Below are positions 54,601 through 64,000 of a stretch of DNA of 64,000 bases, in pieces; position 1 is the first letter of the stretch; each line of letters starts with the position of its first letter. The translations under genes were made by a program, and so were the position numbers. Location of the stretch: assembly GCF_001447785.1 (NCBI RefSeq), contig NW_015167538.1, forward strand, positions 1,305,405 through 1,369,404, written 5' to 3'. A model generated the notes under the pieces. It saw nothing but the letters and a program-made list of their open reading frames with translations, did no database searches and was not told where the DNA came from. Origin of the DNA: Gekko japonicus (lineage: Eukaryota).

Positions 54601-57600
54601 TGGGAGGAGAGCATGCCGGCCACATGGAAGAGAGAGTACCACAACCATGGCAGGCGCCTAGGAAAAGAGCAAGCTGTCCACAGTGGGACGGAGGTGGTTT
54701 TACTCCCCTTTCTCAGTGATCTATCTGCTCTCCTCCAGCAGCCTCGGCAATCTCACTCTCTCATTGGGAACGCTGGACTTCATACTGAGGAAAGAGCAAG
54801 AAGGCAGACAGAGAAGCCCTTCACTCCAGACACACAATACCTGGCTAAGGTTCAACTGTTGTGGGAACAGACAGCCCTACATTCTCAGAGGTACTCTGGT
54901 ACTTAAATAAAGTTGTATTTATACAGTTCATATAGTTATATTATAGTATGTGTATGAGGGGTGGCAGAGAGAGAGAGAGAATGCTTCATTCTTGAAGAAA
55001 CCCTTCTTGGATAGCTGTCCTGTACGCTGGCTGCAAGGGCCTTGGTAAGCAAGGGATCTAGAAAAACACTCACAGTGGGAACCGGCCAATGTAGCTGTCT
55101 GGCCGAGCAATCTTCACCGTCACTGGGCTCTGGACCAAGGGAGAGTTGTGAGTAGACAACCTGGGTTTCCGCCGATAACCGTCCCAGCAAATGGAAGGCA
55201 GGGTGCCCAGGGAGGCATACTGGGCCTTCTTGATTGGGTAGCGCCGGCGCAGCGCAAAGTGAGTTGGTTGAGTTAGGTGATCCCTAGAGAGACAAAAGAC
55301 ACACAGCACATAATCAGGCAAGGGGGAAAGAGATGAGACTACCAACCACCAAATATTCCATACTAAGTTTGCAGACCAGAAGGCTGTAGTGGGCATCTCA
55401 AATGGAGCAGTATAATCACCATCCTAACTGGGCTTTTTTTTAACAACAACTTTCTCTGTTTGCCAGATTTATATGAACACAACAGATAACCAATACAACA
55501 CTGTGTTTACAATGTTGGACTGGGACTGAAAAGATGCAGGTTCAAATCTTCACTTGCTCATGAAACTCAACAGGTAAACTTTGGGCCAGACACTAACTCA
55601 GCTTAACCAACTCACAATAAGGTTGTGAGGATAAAATAGAGAAGGGTAAGCCATTTATGTCACACTGAGCTCCCTGGAGTAAGGATATGATAAAAATATC
55701 AAGCACAACAAGGTATTCAAAAGATGAAGGCTTTCTAAAGTCTTTCCAGCTCCTCAGAGGTCACAAGCCATTACAGACATTCCTCAGGAAAGCAGAAGGT
55801 ATCCGCCACCTGCACAGATTTCACACACACATTTATCAGCCATCAACCAAGGCTACAAATGAATAATAGAATATAAAATGAGATAAAATCCACCACAAAA
55901 AAAACTATCAATGACTTGCGTGGTTGGCTCAACTCAAGCAACAGACCAAGCACAAATGGAAAATATAATTAAAATATTGACAAGACATGGGTATCCTCAA
56001 ACAAGGCAAACAGTCAACAAACTGATGTCAAAGGCATCCTCACAACCCAGGGAGGCCTGATAAAAAAGAAAAAAAATTCCCATCTCACCTAAAACTCAAC
56101 AGGCAACTTGACATGGGGACAGCACAGTGCTTACCCATCTCACCTCAGGACACCCTCACAGTTTGCAAGGCAAACTTTCAACAACGTTTTTAGAGTCTTG
56201 ATAGAACACTTAGTGTACTGTGGTCATGACACAACTGAAACACCACTGCAGTTTAGTGGCTAGAGCTGGGTGTGCATGCAAGGAGCCCTGGACAACTACA
56301 ACAGTCAATGGATGGTCCTAGATAAGTCATCGAATCCCATCTAAATTATATGCTTCCTTGCCTCCTCACCCACCTCCAAAGCAGCTAGAAATGCCCCCTG
56401 AAATGCTGTGCTTGGGGAATGGAAGAACCCCAGCACAACACAATAAAAGAGTCGGAGGGCTGCTGTAGGAGGGGCTGTGCAGACCTTTTCAATAGGATCC
56501 AATCCACAATCTCTCACCCCAATGAACCTCAGAGAATTATTGTGATGCTCACATACACTAAGTTCTGTGTAAGTTTTCTGAGTTTCTGGAAGAAAGGTCC
56601 AGGAACAACAGTGCAAGTGTAAACATTTTGCAGTCAACAAGGAATAGAAGATGTCCAAGGGGCCAAGGTTTACCAATTACCATTCTTCTTTATCTGCCCC
56701 TATCAGCTCATGGCAGCAGAGTGTTTGTTCCATCACTGAAGCCTTGGTTGGTTTTGCTTTAAATTTATTTGGTGGATAAGCTGCTCCTGTCCACCACCAG
56801 CAAAGATCCTTCCCCAGCTAGCTTACAGAAGAGCTGCAACTGGACAGCACTCACTTCTTCCCACTTAAGCCAGACATATCAGCATCAAGGATTCCTCAAG
56901 GCATCAGGGATATTTTTCATAAAGCAATTTCCTGCCATACTTAGGACCAAAGGAGAACAGAACCCTCTATGGGTCATTTCCTGGACTTCCCATCTCTATA
57001 ACAACCTTAACAGGCAGAAAACCCTGTTACCATGATATCCAAGCAAGCAGTGGAAATGGGGTCACTGATAATGCAATTCCTCACTTCAGAAAACTGGGTC
57101 TCCACAGCAGTACAAGAAAGCCTGCAGCAGAACTAAAGTGACAGATAGGGATTAATGGTACCCAAGCACCCTTGGAAATAATGGTCATTGGGGGCAGGGA
57201 TAGAACGGCAGAACAAAGAAGGCAGCAGAAGTAACTAAGGCTACCTCCATTTCATCCTCACAACCACCCTGTGAAAGAGGTCAGGCTGAGAAATTAAAAC
57301 TACAGAGTAAATTTCCTGGGAAGCATGGATTTTGAACAGTTCCCACATGCTAACCACCACATGGACTCTCTTACTATCTCCGTCCACATTGTACAGAGCT
57401 ACAAGGAAGGGAAGACACCTGAGCATATGAAGAGTGTTTTTTCTTCCCCAGGTAGTGCCCCGTTCTCGTGTAGGNNNNNNNNNNNNNNNNNNNNNNNGCC
57501 CCCAACCCACCCTCCCTGCCTCTCCTCACTGCCAACCCCCTCGCAGGAAGGCCTTCCGAGCCGTCGCCCAAGCGTGTGCAAAGCACCTCCCGCCTTACCC

Positions 57601-57935
57601 GTAGAGCCGCCTTCGTTCAGTAGGGTTGTAGCTCACAGCAGGCCCCCCATTAGCCAAGCTGCCGGCCTTGTAACAGGGGGCAGAAGAGGCGGAGGTGGGG
57701 GCGGGGCGGGCAGGCAGCGGCGGCGGCTTCCTGCCCCGGAGAGGCCCAGCAGGAGGACTAGCAGCGAGAGCGAGGCCGCCACGGCCAAGCCCGCCACTGC
57801 CGGGAGCGCCCAGGCCCGACCCCCGTCGGCGCCATCCCCTTCCGCCGCACTTCGTCGTCGCCTCCCATGCTGCTGCTGCCGCCGGCGCGACGGAGGCCAC
57901 CAGCCCCAGCCGGGGGCCGACCCGCCCCGAGACAT
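45586..57935 (-). CDS. POM121: POM121 transmembrane nucleoporin; exons 57637-57935 (donor uncertain), 55074-55283, 53923-54075, 52770-52850, 52495-52630, 52179-52270, 51330-51400, 50860-50984, 50114-50216, 49695-49865, 46961-48688, 45938-46057, 45586-45680; ~1127 aa
   Basis: N-terminal hydrophobic segment; [67 protein letters not shown], long FG-repeat exon, C-terminus [13 protein letters not shown]. Confidence 0.95.
45938..46057 (-). CDS. POM121: POM121 exon 12
   Basis: 120 nt, TPTPAFGQS...LSFG..PAFGG. Confidence 0.9.
46365..46650 (-). mobile_element. tRNA-derived SINE, same family as 22845
   Basis: Shared head, body and tail. Confidence 0.75.
46961..48688 (-). CDS. POM121: POM121 exon 11 (FG-repeat domain)
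   Basis: 1728 nt open, S/T/P/A-rich with many FG and FKPIFG repeats. Confidence 0.95.
49695..49865 (-). CDS. POM121: POM121 exon 10
   Basis: 171 nt, [12 protein letters not shown]. Confidence 0.9.
50114..50216 (-). CDS. POM121: POM121 exon 9
   Basis: 103 nt, [33 protein letters not shown]. Confidence 0.95.
50860..50984 (-). CDS. POM121: POM121 exon 8
   Basis: 125 nt, [20 protein letters not shown]. Confidence 0.93.
51330..51400 (-). CDS. POM121: POM121 exon 7
   Basis: 71 nt, [12 protein letters not shown], phases 2/1 fit neighbours. Confidence 0.85.
52179..52270 (-). CDS. POM121: POM121 exon 6
   Basis: 92 nt, [26 protein letters not shown]. Confidence 0.94.
52495..52630 (-). CDS. POM121: POM121 exon 5 (acceptor shifted relative to homologous position)
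   Basis: [16 protein letters not shown]...[16 protein letters not shown]; first good in-frame CAG at 52631-52633. Confidence 0.75.
52770..52850 (-). CDS. POM121: POM121 exon 4
   Basis: 81 nt, [26 protein letters not shown]. Confidence 0.95.
53923..54075 (-). CDS. POM121: POM121 exon 3
   Basis: 153 nt, [18 protein letters not shown]. Confidence 0.93.
55074..55283 (-). CDS. POM121: POM121 exon 2
   Basis: 210 nt, [11 protein letters not shown]...[11 protein letters not shown]. Confidence 0.93.
57475..57497. other. Assembly gap (N run)
   Basis: 23 N. Confidence 1.
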
Positions 57936-58570
57936 CCAGGCCTGACGCGACGCCGCCGAGGCCGCCACCAACGCCCCCTCCCCCCCGCCGCCGCTCCGCG
58001 CGCGCGGCCCCGTCCCTTGCCCGGCATGCACCGCGCGAGGCCGAGGGGACGGGGCTGGGGAAAGAGGGCGGCCCTTCGCCGCTGAGGGGAAGGCGGGAGC
58101 GCGCGGGACCGGGGGAGAGGGGGCGGGGTCGAGGAAAGCAGGCGGCCTCGGGGAGGATGACTGGAAAAGGGAGGGCCGAGGCGGGAGGAGGCGCGCGTAC
58201 TGAGGGGGAAGCCAGCCTGGGGGTCGGCCGGCTTCGCCTTCCGCTTAGCCCACCTCACAGGGTTGTTGTGAGGAGGAAACGAGCGGAGGGAGGGGAAAGG
58301 GGGCCGCACGCGTCGACCTCGCCTCAGTCATTCTCTTTTCGGCCCATCTCGCAAGGCTGTTGTGAGGGAGAGGCCGCCGGGAGAGGGAACCATCCACGTT
58401 AAGCAGCCGGAGGATTGAAGACCGCAGAGAGTCGCGCGCGTTGAGCAGCGGACCGAATCAAACGGCTTTTTGGCGCTACGGGTCGGCCGCGGGGCGTGGG
58501 GGCGGGAATGGCGCATCCTGGGCTGTGATTGGGAAGGACGGGAATGATTGACAGGGGCAAACGGCTGAAA
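57500..58570 (-). promoter_or_regulatory. POM121 CpG island / promoter
   Basis: Very GC/CpG rich, GC boxes and ATTGG near 58490-58535. Confidence 0.75.
57637..57935 (-). CDS. POM121: POM121 exon 1 (transmembrane segment)
   Basis: MSRGG...[25 protein letters not shown]; in frame with exon 2 only through the CT|GTGAGC donor; alternative donor at 57599. Confidence 0.6.
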
Positions 58571-60146
58571 GACTGGCTGAAGCATCCCTGTTATTAAAAC
58601 GATGTTTGAGTCCCAACGGCACCTTCTAAGACCAACGTTTTATTCAAGGTATAAGCTTTCGTGTGCAAGCGCACTTCCTCAGATACAGTGAAACAGAGTT
58701 TCCTCAACCATCACATATAGAAGGGGGGAGTTAGTTGCCAGCAATGGCCAATTAGAGTCAAGTCAGAGAAACAAAATTGGCAATTACCGGTCCATAAATA
58801 TAGGTAGCGGGCGAGCAGTGAATTATTATATAGCACAATGAAGATGTTTAACAGATACAAGGATCAAACAGGAATAAGAACCTTAGTTTATATGGTAACC
58901 ATTTATTTGGGTTCAGTTCTGGGGCAAAAAACAGTGAAGGAAATAAATGTCAAAATTGGAGATTGACATTTCCTTAATTGTAGAAGGCTGAGAGTAATTG
59001 ATTATTTAATTACATTACTCTTAGCCAGGGCATTTTTTGTTTGTTTGTTTTGGAAAAGAGGTGCTGGAACTCTCAAGAGGGAAATGAAGTTTTTTTGTAT
59101 ATTGAAAACTCATGAACCTGACGTTTAAAGATTTTTAAAGGAATTTTGTTGAAGAGGTTCCAGAACTCCATTCTGGCGTGTTCTCCCAGAAAAAAAGCCC
59201 TGCTTTCAGCATTGTTTAACTACATTAGCATTCTACAATTAAGGATGCATCAGTCTCCAATTTTGACATATTTTATTTCAATGTTTTTGCCCCAGAGCTG
59301 AACCCAAACAAATGGTTACCACATAAACTAAGCTTATCTATTAAACAACTTCATTATGCTGTATGATAATTCACTGCTACCTATAGGTATAGATCGGTAA
59401 TTTCCAATTATTTTCTATCTCTGACTTGACTCTAACTGGCTCTTCCTGGCAACTAAACCCCCCACACTGTTGTCTGTTTCAGTGATCTACAGGTCGAGAG
59501 TAGGGGTTTTTGGCAGAGCTTCCAAAGAAAAATAAGGTAAGGCAGTGGAGGAGTTCTCCAGGTGGCAAGTAAATGTTCCAGAAAAAGAAAAGAGTTGGCA
59601 GCCTTTGTCAGATACCAAAGGGAGCTTTGATTCTCAAAAGCTTATACCCCCAAAATCTTGTTGGTCTATAAGGTGCTACTGCACTTGAATCTAGCTGTAT
59701 GTACATCAGTTTCTGTTGAAGGTACAGGAAATACATTCTTCAATCCAACCACTGAGGTGTGATTGCTAGGATTGATCTTTCCCTTCCACCTTCCATTCTC
59801 TTTCTCTCTCATTTCTTCACAGACAGTATTATCCACTGAAGGTGCCCCCCCCCTTTCCCTTTACAAAAACACAAAAACAGCCCTGTGCCTCCTAGGAACT
59901 TGTTCACAGTTGCCACAAAGACAAGCAGGACGGACTGACTGAACTTGAGAACTTAAGCAGCTTCATGATTCTACCTGTCAGCCCTGGAGGACATGGTCAT
60001 TGCTCCTTCCAGGAAATCCTGGGGAGGCTTGAGCCTCAATGCCCCCCGTAATTTACACCCCTGCTTTCTGTACATTACCTGAAATGGGCTCTAGCCTGCA
60101 GAAGCTTTTACCTCAAGAAATCCACTAAGCAGCCCTCCTCTTCTTA

Positions 60147-60298
60147 GGCTGCTGCCACACACGCTAAGTAATCCACTTTCAATCCACTTTCAGTGCACTT
60201 TCAAAGTGGATTTTGCCAGTTCACACAGTAAAACTCCACTTTGAAAGTGCACTGAAAGTGGATTGAAAGTTGATTACTTAGCGTGTGTGGCAGCAGCC
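60147..60298. mobile_element. Palindromic MITE, probably PIF/Harbinger
   Basis: GGCTGCTGCCACAC TIRs, ~65-bp near-perfect arms, flanked by TTA/CTA. Confidence 0.8.
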
Positions 60299-61644
60299 CT
60301 AGTTGGTTTTTTTTTTGAAGCAGATTAAAACTGCAACCCTGAACATACTTCTGAAAGCCTGACTCCCATTAAACCTGTGTCAGCCTGGGATTGGCCAAAT
60401 CTGGGTTCAAATCCCCCTTCAACCCTGAAAATGACCTGGGGGCAGTCACTCACATCCTAACCTGCCACCATACCAGATCATTAAGATTTTTTTTTTTTTT
60501 AAGTTCAGAGAAGAAGACAGCTTCTTTGGTAGAGTATCAGCTTTACCTGCAGAAGGTCAGAAGTTCAACCTCCAATTAGAAGGACCAGGTAGGAGGCAAG
60601 TCAAAGAACTCCACCTGAGACCTTGGAGAGCCACTCCTAATCAGAGTAGACAATACAGACTTTGATAAGACCATTGATCTGACTCAATATCAGGCAGTTT
60701 CGGGTATTACAAGTGGGAACTTGTGTGCACCTTTGAGGTCCTTGGAGGAAAGGTAAAATAAAAATGTGAATGGCTTAACAGGACTTACTTCTGAGTAAAC
60801 CTTTTCAGCATTACCATGCTATCCTTATAGCCCTCTAGAAACATTTGCAAGAGGTTTATACTAGTTTATGCAGGAAAAGAGGGAAGGGGGGGGGGCAAAA
60901 GAAAAAGCAGCCGCAATTTTGAACCAATGTGCACCCATTGTCTACAGTGTGGACACTAAACCTCTGAATCCCAGAGCCAGGAGGCAACATCAGGGGAAGG
61001 CCTTGGCCTCTATGCCCTGCTGTGGGCTGTCCAGAGGAACTGTTTGACCACTGTGTGAGATGCTGGACTAGATGAACCACTGGTCTAACCCAGCAGGGCT
61101 CTTCTTATGCCCTTAACAGACTCCTTTTACTTGGCTCCTGAAGGAGAGATCATGTAGGTAGGACTCTACAGCTTACAAGAACTGGACAGCAGAACAAGGA
61201 TTTTCAGGAATATACCATACTTCCCAGCAGTAGCAAGCCAGAGGCCAGGGAACCTCACAACCAAGCCAAGATACCAGTTGAGACTGGCTGTTCCTTTTAA
61301 AAAAACAATTTCATCCAGACATTAGCAACACATACAAAGCCCGTGGGAATATACTGTTTCAGTGTCCTCTTGCCAATCCTCATGTTTTCCCCGTCCATTA
61401 TTTCTAGCTTCTTCCCATGGCAGGCTCCATTTACGGCTAAACAGCCAAACCTAGCTTGGCTCATCCTTTTGAGACTTTCTTCCTGGCAGTCTGTGGAAAT
61501 CAGTTACATCTATTTGCAGGCTTGCCTGCAATGCAGTTTAGTCGCGGAGACAGCTGTAAGAACCTCTTCATCAACTTAACCAGATGAAGTATTTACCAAA
61601 TTAGTTAAAAATGTTAAGTATTCATAGTAACTGCAGGTGCCAAC

Positions 61645-61850
61645 CGATGTTCCCTCTAAGCTTTGGAGTCTTGTGAGCAAACATTCTACTTTGTGAGCTA
61701 CTGGCATTAAAGCTGTGAGCGAGCGATTTGGCTGCTGTATAAATTAGTTTGCTCTGGAGCCATCCTTCCTGAGCTAAGACAAAAACGTGTGAGCCAGAGG
61801 CTAAAAAACTGTGAGCTAGCTCACACTAAATCACCTTAGAGGGAACACTG
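61645..61850. mobile_element. hAT-type MITE, same family as 6463 (partial copy also ~26697-26893)
   Basis: 8-bp TSD GTGCCAAC. Confidence 0.9.
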
Positions 61851-62939
61851 GTGCCAACCCCACCTTCTTCCTAAACAGAAGTGCCTCTGCAAAGGCTGTA
61901 TGCCAACAAGCACACCTGTTGGTGGAAAGTGCCATCAAGTCGCAAGTAACTGACAGTGACCCCACAGGATTTTCAAGGCAAGAGACATTCAGAGGTGGTC
62001 TGCCATTGCCTGCCTCTGTGTAGCAACTCTGGACTTCCTTGGTGGTTTCCCATCCAATTACGAACCAGGGCCAACCCTGCTTAGCTTCCAAAACCTGATG
62101 AGATCAGGCTAGCCTGGGCCATCCAGGTCAGGGCTAAGCACATCTAGCTAGAGATAAAGTATCCTTTCCCCCCGCTGCTTAAGCTATTTTTGTTTTATTC
62201 AGATTGAAGAGTCAAAAGAGGAGGTCTGCAGAAACATAACAAAGTGTTTCTATCATCTTTGTCAGCCAGAAGCCTCTAGGAAAGCCTGTGTGTGTGAGAA
62301 ATGCCTCTAACATGGGTCCGCTTCCTGCAGTTTAAAAAAGATTCAAATACAGTTAACTTACAAAATCAAGGTACAACCCTGGGATGGTATGAAACCCTTC
62401 TAACTGAGCCTGAACCTTCTGCTGCCATTTTTTAAAAAAAGAGTAAGCTAGTTTTTGTGATGCTTTTCTGTCCTTTTCTAGTCATCCCTTGCACCAGTTT
62501 TCCTTCTGTCGTGGCACACCTGTGCTAACTACTGTTTCCCATAATGACTCAAGCACGGTGTGTAAAGTCACGGTAGGCACGCCTTCAAGGGTGGTGGGAA
62601 GAGCTAATACTATGTCTCGATTTTGTAGCAGTCTCTCAAAGTATGTCTGCTGTTAAGACAAAGGGGCTTTGACATTGAACATAAGGCCGGGGGGGGGGGA
62701 GCACTGTTGTCCGCTGACAGTCCGTGGCTGGGAGCAGGGTCATTCCGTGTACCAGCTGCCCACGTTGGTATGGAGTGCATTCTGGCTTGGGGAAAAGTTG
62801 ACTCCTCCCTCTCTGGTGCGGGTTGCTTTAGCACACTAAATTAGCGGCTGCACCTTCTGCTGTTGTGATCATGTTGGAAGATTCCTCTTGGTCCCATGGC
62901 AAGACCGTTGATGTATACCGAAACAGAAGCAGTGACTCG

Positions 62940-64000
62940 GCAACACGAGAACAATAACTGGGTTGAAATATTTATTTAAAAATTGAAAACACACATTCAA
63001 CATATTATACAAAAAAAATCCTTGTATTTAATACAATAATTAAAAGTTTTGTTGGAAGGGGGGGGGGAAAGAGCTGGCTGCCTGGACCGATTGGTGGGGG
63101 CCCAAAGCACATGGTGGGTGGATTCAGTCGCTTACAGGGAACTGCTCTAATGAAAGTTTGTTCACCACCACCCCCAGATTTAAGAAAAGTAAAAGGAAGA
63201 GAAAGAGCAAGCGTTGAGGAAGAAGCATTCTATTCCAAGCCAAAATGGCCCCTTTCTGCTAGTGTCATGGCAAACTTCTCCAGCTGGTCCTCATCCTCTT
63301 CCTTTTTGCCCCCAACGTGTGTGGCAAATCAGCCTGAAAACCTGAGGTAGTATAGGGGCATGGGGGGGGGGGAGTTGGGGTGTCCCTGGAAAAGTCTGAG
63401 CTGCTGGGAGGGGTCAACACCACATCAGCTCCTCTCCCTGTGCTATGGCAACAGGGTGGTTCCTATTGCTTCGGAGAGGATGGGCAGCCGAGAGACCTCA
63501 TTCGAGCTGGCGGTGGGAGGAGTGCTATTTGGTTCTTGGTCTGCCAATCAAGTGGCAGGAAGGCCTGGGGTATAACAGGCACCAGGTTGTTAGGCTATCT
63601 GAGCAGTGGAGGCTGGAGTGGGTAGGCAGGTAATCAGAGATCCTCAAGGACTGGGAAAGCGGAACGCTCCCCCTGCCCCGGGATGGCAGTGTGCGACAGG
63701 CAGGCTTCTCATCGAGTAACCTGGGGGGGGGGGGCACGAGGGAGCCTGGCATGGACTTGACATCGTCAGAGGCCATGACTCCTTCGTCAGCAAGTAATAG
63801 TACCGCAAACTAGACCTTTCCTGCTCACCGCAAGGCAGAACCACAGCTAGCCCACTCTCCTGTCCATTTTTCAGCTTCCTGTGTGCATTTCTAAAGCTTC
63901 TGGATAAATGAGCAACGCTTGCTACATACAAACCTTCTCAGATGAGGCAGCTCGCTCCAAGGTGTAGCTTGCTAGGAGGAAGGGGGTTAAGGGCACATTG
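62940..64000 (-). other. Probable 3' UTR end of the next gene (HIP1 expected by synteny); AATAAA at 62971-62976 on - strand
   Basis: TTTATT in AT-rich block, repeat-poor sequence; no coding exon seen, identity only from recalled synteny. Confidence 0.35.

Noticed and set aside
57325-58402. Long + strand ORFs in the POM121 CpG island
   Set aside because: GC-rich stop-poor sequence, one spans an N gap

Overview
Vertebrate (squamate reptile, most likely gecko, judged from Sauria/Squam-type SINEs, L2, Penelope and hAT MITE content) genomic DNA from the region syntenic to the mammalian Williams-Beuren locus. Four spliced protein-coding genes were rebuilt by hand from splice sites, exon phase and recalled homology. 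FKBP6 (- strand, exons 1-4; later exons not found and probably beyond position 1). TRIM50 (- strand, complete, 6 coding exons, ~497 aa). NSUN5 (+ strand, complete, 10 exons). POM121 (- strand, 13 exons, ~1127 aa). A probable 3' UTR end of the next gene (HIP1 by synteny) lies at the right edge. Most of the supplied six-frame ORFs are spurious. Most notable: TRIM50 lies tandem to FKBP6 rather than head-to-head as I recall in human/mouse, making an in-frame TRIM(RBCC)-FKBP readthrough fusion structurally possible; an ORF1-only (HAL1-like) L1 element with a CpG-rich double 5' end sits sense inside FKBP6; Penelope-borne hammerhead ribozyme motifs occur in a three-layer nested inverted-repeat structure; GC-AG first introns occur in both TRIM50 and NSUN5; POM121 has two splice anomalies. 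No prokaryotic features or CRISPR arrays. Homology statements come from memory of the families, not from database searches, and repeat boundaries are approximate.
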